Assembly (NCBI RefSeq): GCF_001194135.2 | Contig: NC_068994.1 | Coordinates: 43,452,945-43,516,944 of the forward strand | Length of the DNA: 64,000 nucleotides | Direction: 5' to 3' | Source of the DNA: Octopus bimaculoides | Taxonomy: Eukaryota | Shown: piece by piece, positions 25,617 through 37,939 of the stretch | How the letters are laid out: each line of letters starts with the position of its first letter | Position numbering within the stretch: position 1 is the stretch's first letter | Made by a program: the position numbers and the translations under genes | Notes under the pieces: model-generated | The model's database searches: none | Seen by the model: the letters and a program-made list of their open reading frames with translations, nothing else | What the model was told of the DNA's origin: nothing

Positions 25617-27131
25617 CATATATACATACCTGTATGTATATATTCACATATATATGTATATACATATGCATATATAGATACAGGACAGCATAAAATGTAA
25701 ACAACATGAAATATGAAATACGAAAACCTGGAATACGAACTTTTTTTGCGAACAATGAAAAAAACAAATGGAAAACAAGACAAGTAACATAAAGAACACC
25801 CCTTCATCAGCTGTCAGCTGTTTTTCTACTCCTCATTTCAAGCAAATCTTTCTCTCACTTTTTCTCTCTTTCTGTAGTGCGGTTAGTCTAGAAAAGTGAT
25901 TCTTAAAGTGGATTCCAAGGAACCTTGCTATACTGTGGAAAATTTTTAGCTTCATGAAATAAGATGACTTTTAAAAAAATTTAAGATTTCATTTTGTAAA
26001 GCAATAGTATTCACTGGTTTCTAAATAAGCTAATATGATTTTTTATTTTTTTAATGTGAATATCTGAAATAATTTTTTATTTCATCTAGTGTCATATTAG
26101 AATTAGGATGATCAGAGTTCTTTGCAAAATACAGGAACAGGTTCTGTGACTTTTCTGAAAATCTTTTAAGAACTCTATGAGAAAATATGCATGTGAGTAG
26201 GTCTACTGGGGTGGGTTGTACCCATGGTTTTCAGAAGCCTGCTTAGACTACCACAATCAATGCTGCTAATGTTCCTCTTGAATGGCTGTTATCAGCTTTA
26301 TCATCCTTCTCATTCTCCTCATCCTCCTCATCATCATCATCATTTAACATCCGTTTTCCATGCTGGATAATTAAGATAGTAGAATATTATTATATTATTT
26401 TGATAATTATCATTTATTATAATATTATTCTGTGAATTAAGATAGTAGAACTGGTAGAATGCTTGGCAGCAGTTTTTTTCTTTAAGTTCTGAGTTCAAGC
26501 TCTGCTGAGGTCAACTTTGCTTTTCATCCTTTTAGGGTCAATAAATTAAGTAACAGTTGAACATTGGAGCTAATGTATGCAACTTACTCCCTTTCATGAA
26601 CTTATTGGCCTTGTGTCAAAATTTCAAATCAATATTATTTTGATAATTCCAGCAAGTAGTATAAGACAATATTTGGCATGTTTCAGTTTCATTAAACCTC
26701 TTCAGTGAAGCAAAGATGTAACTGTGCTTGCTAAAGTAGTCATGAGAGAATCATTAAGCAATTATACTGTGCCATGAAGTTAGGACTCCACTGAGGGAAG
26801 ATGGAGCACTTTTCAGAATTTTTCCCAAAGTCTGTCTGTAAACAATGAGATAATCTTTAACAAGATAAGCTAAATCATATTGTTTATCTCCATCATCTCA
26901 GACTTATATCCTTTCACTAATGGCTGAGATACTGATTAAAAGATTATGTTGTTGTGTGTCAGTGTATTTTTTTTTTTTAATTTACTTATTATCTTAGCTG
27001 TTTTGTGCTTTGTGTAGTTTTGTGTGTGTCTAACTTAAACAGCAGTGTAGAAGGGTGCAAATAACATATGTAAATGCTTACAAATACACTTGTGCATGTG
27101 TGTGTGTATCTGTAAGTGTATATAGATAGAG

Positions 27132-27195
<64 letters not shown>

Positions 27196-28059
27196 TGACA
27201 GAGAGGATGGGGAGAGAGAGGGGGAAATGAGGAAGAGGGATGGATAAATTATATAGGGGTGAATAAGGCAATGTTACTGCTGCCTGAAACCAGTTTAATG
27301 ATGTTTATTGAGGCAAGATAAATTTCAATGATAACTTCCTACTTGCTAAGTATACTAACTATCTTATAGACAAAACAAGAATAATGGTGATACAAAGGGG
27401 GAAAGATAGAGGTGGCAAAGAAATGGAGAGGCAGGAGAGAGAGAGAGAGAGAGACTGATGTAGAGTGGGGGGAAGTGAAGAGGAACAAAAATGTGACAGA
27501 ACCAGATGATGTGTGACAAAATGAATTGAAAGAGAGAGTGGAGGAAATGTTGAGATACAGATACGGATTAGATTGCATGAAGTAGGGTAAGAAGTTAAGA
27601 GAAAGGAAGAGAGAGAGAGAGAGAGAAAGAGAAAGAAGGAGAGCAAAAGAGGGAGAGAGAGAAAAAGAGGGTAAGAAAATAAAAGAGTGAGAAAAAGGAG
27701 AGAGAAGTGAGAAAGCTGTTCAGCTCTTATCTAGCATTTCAATGGCGTTCTACCCTTGACCATTTTATTATTTTGTATAACACCAAACTATATATTGATC
27801 AATGTCTTCTTCCCCTTTAAGACCATAATAATTGGTTTGAAGAAGATTTACTGCTATTTCTTGCAGGTTTTCACAACCAGGTAGAGGCTCCCTTCTTGTT
27901 TCAAACTAATGGAATACAAACAAGAGAGAATGTGGTACAGTGGCAGGAATACACTACCAAAAGAAAGAAATGTAAAGGCTTCAGTTTTCCTGGTGTTTTA
28001 TCAGATACTGGACAATTATTCAATCCTTTATGGTAAAATAATATGTTAACTGAAGGTGA

Positions 28060-28290
28060 ATGGCTTCGTGGTTAAGGTGTGAGAATCAAGATCATGAGGT
28101 TATGGTTTCCATTCCTAGCCCAGGTGCGACACTGTGTTCTTGAACAAAACACCACATTACTCCGGTCTACACTGGACAAAATGAGTGTCAATAACAGCTT
28201 GGGGTTGACCCTGTAAGGGATTAGCATCACATTAAGGTAGGAGGAGGATGGTACTGTACTCTTCTGGTCATTTCTAGACCATGGAAATGG
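28060..28290 (+). mobile_element. Degenerate tRNA-derived SINE
   Basis: tggcttcgtggttaagg (A-box-like), ggtttccattcc (B-box-like), tgtgttcttgaacaaaacac core. Confidence 0.45.
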
Positions 28291-28646
28291 AGACCAGGAT
28301 AATATCACCCAAAATAGAACAAAAAATAAAAAATGAAGATAACATGTGTTCTTGTAGGGTCATGACAGATCCAGGACTTAAGAAGAAGGATGTTGACTAA
28401 AATCAATTTTCCATCAGCAGATCTGAATATATTTATTCACTACAGTGAACAATTCTTAAATGAATCGGACTTAAAAGGTTTTTACAAGACCCAAACATGG
28501 ATTATCATAGGATATATTACAATAACACAATTTTCTTTCTGGCAGCACTGACACCAAACCAGTAATATCAGAAAAAAACTTGCATTTATCTAGTTTACTT
28601 TAGTGAGGCTAACATATATTACTTTGTCTTTCTTTGAATATGTTTC

Positions 28647-28683
<37 letters not shown>

Positions 28684-28846
28684 ACACACACGTACTTTTC
28701 CATTATGGTTTGTCAACTTTGGAGGTCCTGATTCTTGTGATTATCTCCCCTTTTCAAGTGGAGCTAGAAAATCTCGGTGAATCAAGAATCTATGTTGTAT
28801 GGTATTTAATATACCTATATTTGTCTATACACACACACACATACAG

Positions 28847-28877
<31 letters not shown>

Positions 28878-30950
28878 AACACACCACACATTCATTGCTT
28901 GGAGATGCATTATGTATTTCATAAATATACCTAGTTAAAGTATCATAAATGCATGAAACCATTAGTAGCTCTTTCAGTTGTATATTAAATTGATAGTTAT
29001 CTCTCACAAAATAGAGTACATTTTTTGCTGATTCTACCTATATTGGATCTATAAACTGTGCGTATGTGTGTGCGTGTATGTACACACACATTTACACACA
29101 AAACCCATTCACAAGGCTTTGGTTACCCACGGCTTATATTACAAGTAACTTGCCAAGGTGCCACACAGTGACTTGTTTTTATGACTGGGGAAGAACTTTC
29201 TCAACCATGTAGCCATATCTAACAGAATTTGTGAAGGCAGATTTTTCTCCAACCAGATGCATTCCCTTTCACCAATCCTCATTTGTTTCCAACCCATGCC
29301 ACCATGGAATATGGATGTTAAATGATGATGATGATGAAGATGATGACCAAAATGATGAAATTATATTCTGATTATATATAATGGTTTCAATGTTTAGCAC
29401 AAGGCCAGTACTTTCAGGTAAGTGGATAAGTTGATTGCATCGACCCCAGTATTCAACTGGTACTTATTTTATTGACTCCGAAAGGATAATAGGCAAAGTC
29501 GACCTCAACAGAGTTTGAATTCAGATCATACAGACAGATGAAATGCAGCTATGCATTTTGCCCAATGTGTTAATGATTCTGTCAGCTTGTCACCTTTCAC
29601 TGATCATATATACAATTACCATTTTAGAATATATGTTACTGAAGAAATCTAAGCTTGAAACATGTCCCTAGCTTTTTTTATAGTTGTCCCTAAGAACAAG
29701 GTCTATTCCAGTCTACAATGTCTTTATTTCCTTGTACAAATTTGGTTGCTTGATGTTATTGGAGTTAGCTCTCTTGCTTGTTGTTTAGGATTTTAAATTA
29801 CGCCAGAGGGAGTTTTTTTATCTACTAATTGCATGCTTTAATCTCAGTTAATTATAGTCTTATGACTCTCTGTATTATGTACATGAGATTCTACTGTGTA
29901 TGTTGTCTATTTTGTATGCATATCACATCTCTTAAAGTAGTTTCCCTTGTTTCCCTATAACCAACCATAAAACAACTGGAAGCACCACTAATAGACTTTC
30001 TTGAGGGCACAGCAGGGAAATGCCTGCACTACAATATGAACCTTTGACACTTGAGATTTTAGTGTGATACTTTATCCAGTTAGTCATTTCATCTCTACTA
30101 CTTCTTTGTTATACATACTAAATGATTTGCAGAATTCTTCATTCTAAGAATTGTCTCTTGACTCAGCCTCTCCCCTTGGTTTGTAACTCACAGAGTGTGG
30201 GGTTGGGTGAAGAAGAGATTAATACTGTTTGCATGTTTATCTTCTTTTCATTAGCTTCCAATACTGTCTATCAGTCTCTAATTATATTTCTCCCTCCAGC
30301 CTACACCCTTTCTCTCTTCTTCCTCTCTTATGTTTCTCTGTATCCTCTTATAATATTATATTTCTCTTTCTTACCTTTTCTTTCTTTCTCTCTCTCTCTC
30401 TCACTGTCTTTATTTATCTCTTCATTTCTTTTTCTCTTTCTCCTTTTCTCCACCCACTTTCTCCCCCACCTCTCTCTCTTTCTTCCTCACTGTCTTCCTC
30501 TCTCATTAAATACTGTTGATGAAAACTAATGGAGGTCTACCATCAAACTAATCTATTTTATCTAAGAATATGTCAATGATAATTAGCCACAATTCCCATA
30601 AGAAGTTTTAAGTTTCCATAAGAAAAATCCTCATAAAAACAGTCATAGAGCTTTTATTACCTGCCATAACAATCAAGACCCCCTGATATGGAGGCAGTTT
30701 ACAATGAGGAAATTACTCTAATTACTATAATTCCTCAAATGCTTCATTGATCTGCCCAGTATGGAAGGTCAACAGTGGTTAAAAGCATTGATAGTTTCTA
30801 TGGTGTGCTCTTTTCATCCTCACACCACCACACTTCTCTGCCTATTACTAATCATTACTGGAATGTGTTCAGAGTTTAGGAGCTTATTCTATATTTCATA
30901 GAATGAAGAAATTGAGTAGAATTTCTCTTTCTGTATTGAAATATCTGTCT

Positions 30951-31420
30951 ATATAGCATATACTTATAAATATATAAACCACTATAATGATTATTCAGTA
31001 ATACCATCTGCATAGAAAACAATAGTTATGTTAATATTGGTATATGTAATGTTGCAAGCATTGAAGAGTCTAATTAGAAATTGCTTATGTAAGGAACTTG
31101 TCTTTCAGCAAGTATGTTGAAGTGTATGCTTTGCTGAAGAGGTTTAACAAGGCTCAAATATACTTGGAGTTGTTTCCCATATTGCAAATATTTATAAGGC
31201 ATATAGCATATATTTATAAATATATAAACCACTATAATAGTTATTCAGTAATGCCACCTGCATGGACACAATAGTTAAGTTGATATTGACTTATGTAATC
31301 TAGCAAGCATTAAAAAGTCTAATTAGAAATTGCTTACGTAGAGAAATTGTTTTTTAGCAAGTATGTTGCAGTCTATACTTTGCAGAAGCGATTTAATAAG
31401 GATTAGATACATCTGGAATT
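30951..31420. repeat. Tandem duplication, period 250 bp
   Basis: 30951-31170 and 31201-31420 align colinearly (atatagcata...ccactataat...agtctaattagaaattgctta...agcaagtatgttg). Confidence 0.9.
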
Positions 31421-32089
31421 ATTTTCTATATTTGTTGAAATGGTCAAAATATTTCATTTTTGTATTTGGTTTACAAGATTCTCGACGTGATCTTGTGTGG
31501 TTGAAATAGTTTTTGTTCTTTTCTAGAAGGGTCGTTATGCTAATAATAAACACACAAGCTGGTTCTATTTCACTTCTTTTATTATTCATCAATTCATTAA
31601 TATGCAACCAATTAACTAACTGATTGGTGATTACTGTTTCAGTCCATCAATCACTCATGTAGCTTTATCAAAGACTTTTCATCACCATTCAATGATTTCA
31701 TGCATGACATCATTTTCTCTCTGCATAAGTATATTTCCTTATTGCGCTTGTTATACTTACTACATTAAATATGTTAATACCAACACAATGATAACCTGTA
31801 TTGTCTTTGGAAGGATATAAGCTTAAAATAAGCTGGAGGGACACCTCTTAAAATTTAGTTCCACAGCTTCCAGTTTAAGGAAATGTACTGCCCCAGGCTA
31901 CTTTTCCTTACAGCTAAATAGACTCAAGCAATCCATCAAAATAAGGAGTCTGTTATCTCTGGCTCATCAGGTAATTAGTTACAGCTTCTCTTGATTTTTT
32001 TCTATTAAAATTATAAAAGATTTTCTTTAGCCTGATGGCCATATCTCTAACTTACTTCTTATATATTCTTATTAAAATTTCAGCAGACT

Positions 32090-32440
32090 CATGCCATTTG
32101 AACATGGCTGATGCCAGTGCTGCCTGACAGGCACCTGTGCCAGTGACATGTAAAATGCACCATTTGAGTATGGCCAATACCAGTGCCACCTGACTGGCAC
32201 ATAAAAAGCACCATTCAAGCATAACAGATGCCAGTGCAACTTGACTGGCTCTTGTGCTGGTGGCATGCAAAAGCACCCACTACATTCTTGAAGTGGTTGG
32301 CTTTAGGAAGGGCATGCAGCTGTAGAAACCTTGCCAAATCAGATTGGAGTCTGGTGCAGCCTCCCGGCTTGCCAGTTTTCAGTCAAACCGTCCAACCGAT
32401 GCCAGCATAAATTTCGACGTTAAACAACGATGATAATAAT
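32090..32440 (+). mobile_element. RTE 3'UTR/tail element with internal subrepeats
   Basis: Three gatgccagtgc...tgactggc...aaaagcacc units, then ggaagggcatgcagctgtagaaac...gacgttaaac. Confidence 0.7.
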
Positions 32441-34449
32441 GATGAAGTAACAAAGTAACACAAAGGCTGTTGTTTCTGCTAAACATTAATAAAAATATAC
32501 ATATACTCATATTTTGAGTTCTATTTTTCCTGTTTGAGTCACCATAACTAACTTCTTATTTCACTAGCTTTCATTGCATTCCTCATAAATTCATTGCTAT
32601 AAATTCATCACGTAAAATTTGGTACACTAAATTCATTCACTGATAATTTTATCACAAAGAATTGATACATCACTGGTAAATTCTCCATCATACATTTTAT
32701 CTGCAGAATAAATACACCACTAAGCATTATTTAAAGTTTTAATTCATAGAGTAAATAAGGCGCACTTCTTTAACAATGAAAAAGAAATTTATTTGAAGCC
32801 AAAAAATTTCCCTCCTACAATCTCAGAAATTTTTAGAAATCTTTTAAAAAAAAGGCATAATCATGAAACTAAATAATAATCAAACAGTATATCTCTACTG
32901 CAGAAATTCCATAACCCAAAAAGAAGGATAAAGATAACGCTCTGAGAATTCAACGCAGCATCAATGAATGTCAAAATTGCAAAATACTGGATTTATTTAA
33001 GAGCCATTGCTTACAATTTGTCTTTTTTAAAATGCTTCTTCTTTCTTCTTATTTCATATAGTGTTATCTTTTATTTTATTGAATTTCCATTTTTACTTAC
33101 TTTTTTCGCTATAATATTTTTGAAGAGTATTTTTTTTTTTTTACTTTTTTGGTTTTTTTGGGTTTTTTTCATGTATATATTGAGAAAATTTGAGATTAAT
33201 AATTTTGTTTTTGAATGTTCTTTCCATTGCTAATGCAACATATTTACTTAATAAATATAAAATTTTTCGATAATGTTTTGCAATATATATTTACTCTACA
33301 GCTAAAAAGTATGATAATAAATTTACCAATAATTTCATGTAGCATGATGATGAACTTACCAAAGATGGCATTAACTTTTGACAAAATTACCATGGTTAAA
33401 ATTACAGACTATGTATTTACAATAATGTAATTATTTGTGATAAGTTATATGATGACCTATCATTGGGCTAGTGTTTCACTCTATGGAGGCAAATCTTCCT
33501 TTGATAGGAAGATATTTATCTCCCTTTGATAATTTCCCCAGAAGACATGGTATTCAAGAGCTTAAAGCACTAGATATTCATAAATCATCTCTCCATCTAC
33601 ATAATCTACTATTTCTGTAAGAGCTACACAAGTAGAATACTCAGACATGCCTACCCCACACCAGTGAGTCCTGTCAGAAATAAGGGTAAAGGGCAAGGGT
33701 AATGATTCCCTTCAGTCATGAATGACCATGGGATTGCATCTAGAAAGTTCCCCTGCAAGGCACAAGTCCAGGCAAGGTTGTTTACGGAAGACCAGCAGCT
33801 TCCCCTCCCCATGCCACCGATGTTATCCAAGGTGTTACCATCAGCAAATAGACCAGCTGGATCCCCAAGCAAGATCAATTGGTGCTATGGTCATTCTCCA
33901 ACAATTTCACATATGATTTATCCTTTATTTCCTGCTCATCTCTACACAGAATGAGACCAAATCTAGCCAGTTTAAACATAAAACAGGTAGAATATTTTGG
34001 TCGGATATGGCTGGTTGAAATGCTAAAGGGTTAAAGGCAATTTCACTGGAGTGAAAAACTTGTACATTCTGTGATGTAGATACAACAAGGCAAATAGAAG
34101 CCATGTCTAAATAAGCCTAGTTCTTTGCAGTTCTAAGTAAAATACTAATTTGGTGACTGGTGTGAATATGATCATTCAAACTGCATTAAAGTCAAGATCT
34201 TTTATCTCTTGTTTTTACATTAAAGTCAAGATCTTCTGTCTCTTATTTTTGTTTCAGTTATTGGACTGCAACTATACCTTGAAGGATTTAGTCAAATGAA
34301 TCAACCTCAGTACTTATTTCTAAGTCTACTACTTATTCTGTCAGACTTGTTCTGCCCACTAGCTTAGAGAGATGTAAACAAACTAACATTGGCTGTCAAG
34401 TAGTGGTGTGGGACACTAAGTCACACACACACATGCGCACACACATACA

Positions 34450-34600
34450 CTAGCGATTTTCTTTCTCCGCCTTCCCTTCTTTGGACTTTTTCTATATTTC
34501 TGATGAAGAGCTCCACTCGAAACATGAAATCCTCTTTCTTTTCTTTCCTTTCCTGCGTGTCCAATAAGACTGTACTTATTCCACGTACTCGCGTTGTTGT
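34450..34600 (+). mobile_element. Penelope-like terminal fragment containing a hammerhead-ribozyme-like core (34496-34530)
   Basis: attt-CTGATGA-A-GAG-ctcca-CTC-GAAAC-AT-G-aaat, lying between (CA)n and (GTT)n/(TA)n tracts. Penelope assignment is inferred from the motif. Confidence 0.55.
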
Positions 34601-34658
34601 TGTTGTTGTTGTTGTTGTTTTTTGTTGATTTTTCTTGCTTGTTTATGTTTGGATTGAC

Positions 34659-34752
<94 letters not shown>

Positions 34753-35099
34753 GATAGATATGTAGGTTTATATATATATATACAACAGGCTTCTTCAGTT
34801 TCCATCGACCAAATTTACTCATATGATACTAGTTGTTGAAGACGTAGGCCCAAGTTGCTGTGCAGTGGCACTGAAATCAAAACAACATAGCTGCAAATGA
34901 AGCTTCTTAATGACACAGCCATGCCTGGACTTATAGTTATAAATCATTATTTTTAAATAATTTCTTCCTTGGGCCTTCATTAGTTCATTAGTCAGGACAT
35001 GTTTAAAATAAAAGACAAGAGACAATATATTTTTAATCTTTAATCTCATTCATTAAAATTCTCCTATTTCACTCTGAGTAAATAAAATTGAAGACATAC

Positions 35100-35256
35100 C
35101 TGGTATTTCTTCATAATGTTTTGTTGCATCATCTATTCGCCATCCATTTTCACTGTCTCTTCGACTGCCTCCTCTTCTGCTAATTGTAGCTGTGCTATTA
35201 ATTTCTCTAGCACCATCTTGATCAGAGGCTTGAGCTATATGTGGTGGTCTGCTCTC
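35100..35256 (-). CDS. PCDH: Protocadherin cytoplasmic exon 2 (ESRPPHIAQASDQDGAREINSTATISRRGGSRRDSENGWRIDDATKHYEEIP)
   Basis: Acceptor ttgtttccacag|GAG in phase 0 matches the donor at 37940. 52 open codons plus 1 nt, then donor CCAG|GTATGT (phase 1). Hydrophilic, with a GW..D...HYEEIP ending I recall from octopus protocadherin tails (memory, not searched). Confidence 0.8.
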
Positions 35257-35334
35257 CTGTGGAAACAATACCTTTTTCATGTAAATTATGTAAGTTGGAA
35301 TGATAAGGAGAAACACACACACACATATATGACA

Positions 35335-35490
35335 GGCTTCTTTCAGTTTCCGTCAACCAAATTCACTCACAAGGCTTTGGTCGGCCTGAGGCTATAGGAG
35401 AAGACACTTGCCCAAGGTGCTATGCAGTATGACTGAACCCGGAACCATACGGTTGGTAAGCAAGCTACTTACCACAGAGCCACTCCTGCA
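35335..35490 (-). mobile_element. Family-A SINE, well preserved
   Basis: ggcttctttcagtttccgtcaaccaaattcactcacaaggctttggtcggcctgagg...ctacttaccacagagccactcctgca. Confidence 0.85.
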
Positions 35491-36461
35491 TATATTTCAC
35501 TAGACTTCACAATTACCTTCCATATTCAACTTATGTGAGGTATCATGTATTCAGTGTTAGCCTATCAACTTATTACACTGTAGATATGTATTTCTTGCTT
35601 TAAGCAGAACAAATGACAAAAATAATTTTAAATTACTGACTGAAAATTTAGAAGGCCAAAATGTGTTCGTTGCTCCTCATGTCTATTCAAAAAATATTGT
35701 TCTTCAGGAACTTTTGTGGTGAATGTGAATAATAATACTTCTTATGTACATTTGTAGCTTTTGCATGGAATGTGTCAAGTATGTTATAAATGCACAGCTT
35801 TTGCATGAGCTAAACCTGTTATCCCTTGAAAACCTTTGGAAAATATATGTAACCTGTTTGTAAGATCATGTACACATGTGTAAATATGCCTATATTTTGG
35901 TAGTCTTAAATACATATATACATTCACAACATTTCTAGGATTAGGGAGAGTACTCATTGTAAAAAATATAACATAATGTAGAAATACAAGTGAGTCACTA
36001 AACTACAACATATTGCCCAATTTAAAAGTAATCAAACCTGTATAATATTTTAGGAATGGTAAATATAATTTCCATATTTTCTTGTTAATTTGGCATTTTT
36101 ATTTACATCCTCATATACTCATTAGCAACTTTCATCATGAAGACATTTTCCAACAATACCTCCAATTGGAAAAATTGAATATTCATGTGCACAAGCAAAA
36201 ATGTAATTATCACAAAGTTTAGTGAAACATCACCCATTATTATTGATGACTCAGGTACTCTAGTATATATAAATATAAATATATGCATGTATATATGTAT
36301 ATACATACATATATATGTATTTGTGTCTGTGTGCGTGTGTGTGTGTCTGTGTGTGTATATATATGTGTGTATATATATGTATGCATATGTATATATATAT
36401 ATATATATATGCATGTATATATGTATGTATTTATGTATGTATATATGTATGTATGTGTGTG

Positions 36462-36524
<63 letters not shown>

Positions 36525-36584
36525 ATGTATATGCATATATATGCATGTATATACATATACATACATACATACATATACTTAATC

Positions 36585-37335
36585 AGGATGAAATTTGGAA
36601 TTAAAAAGACAGGTATGCTTATCAGAAAAAAGGCAAAGTAGTGTCATCTGATGATGTAGAAGCACCCAACAGTGAGAGAATAAAGGATGTTGAGGGACAT
36701 GGATATGAGCATCTGGGTATTTTGGAGCATGACAAAATCAGAGAGACTGAGATGAAGGAAAGCTTTGGGTAAGAGTACCAAAGAAGAATCAAATTAACCA
36801 TGGAGGGTAGATCCAATGGAAAGAACAAGATCAGACTGATGAATATATGGTCTGTCTCTTTAATGGGGTATAGAGCAGGATTTTTAGATGGACAAAGAAC
36901 AAACTTGAGGAAATGGATAGAAAAACTAGGAAAGTGATGACAATTGAAACCTTAAAAGTGATTTCGATTAGACTGTATATGCCTATAAAGAAGGGAGGAA
37001 GCAGTCTCATAGGATGCAAGATATGTGTTGTAAATGAGGAAAATAATCTGAGATGGTATATCAAGCAACAGATTGAACTTTTGGCTGTTGCTGTTAGAAA
37101 TAACATGATACCAAGTGAAAATGTAACACAATCAAAAGTATTTAAGAAACAAGATGGAGAATAAAGATTGATCAACTTGAAAATGAAAATGATGCATGGA
37201 CAATATGACAGAAATGGAAGGGGAGAGACAATGCCAATAACTGGAGGTGGTAAAGTAAAAGTGATTTCAAAAGATGTACTGAGGCACTGATTTGCAGCAC
37301 TCAGGAACAAGCTCTGAGAACTAATTACCCCAAGT
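36585..37335 (+). mobile_element. R4/Dong-like (RLE-type) non-LTR retrotransposon fragment, antisense in protocadherin intron
   Basis: MKFGIKK, GYEHLGILEHDKI..TEMKE, EYQRRIKL, MDRKTRKVMT, RLYMPIKKGGSSL, MHGQYDR and QEQALRTNY follow the order of the post-RT region of this clade. Frameshifts present. Confidence 0.8.
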
Positions 37336-37614
37336 TCCAAATAAATAATGGGTCAATAAAAAAAATCCCATCCATGTACTAGAGCCAATGGTAGTGATTA
37401 ATCCCCTGCCACCAAGGTTACTAGCCTTGTGCCTAAAATTAGAAATAATTTTTTTAGAGACAACAGGCCAAAAAACCAAGGTCCAAAAATATTGTTTATG
37501 GCCAGTATTATGAAAATAAAAAGAGATTATACAATGAAGTTCCTGATTTTGAATAAATTGATATTTCATGAGAAAGAAGAGGAATCTATAACACTTTGAG
37601 AATTTATACTCTTC

Positions 37615-37793
37615 CAGTGGTGTAGCTAAATAGTTAAAATGTGTACCACCAAGGGTGATCTTTGGTGTGTCCCCATCCCACCCCCACTTTCTCAGGCCAC
37701 AAAGCCCATATGGGCTCAAATGTATTACATCCATAAAAACGTTACCCAGGGTGAATTGCTTCCCATTTTGCATCCCTACTAGCTGTGCTGCTG
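37615..37793. mobile_element. hAT-type MITE (179 bp) about 150 bp into the intron after the large exon
   Basis: TIRs cagtggtgtagcta / tagctgtgctgctg (CpG-decayed). 8-bp TSD tactcttc / tcctcttc. Confidence 0.7.
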
Positions 37794-37939
37794 TCCTCTT
37801 CATCTAAACAAGAAAAACTTAGCCTTTTAGTTCAAAAGAATCCCCATTTCAGATGAAAGGATGGTTTCACAGGGTCCAATTCCTCTTCTGAACTTACCCA
37901 AATTCACAAACTTCCTTACATTTACCAATGATAACTTAC

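Noticed and set aside
37321-37803. 160-aa minus-strand ORF right after the large exon
   Set aside because: It spans a hAT-type MITE and AT-rich intron, has no recognisable domain and no suitable acceptor.
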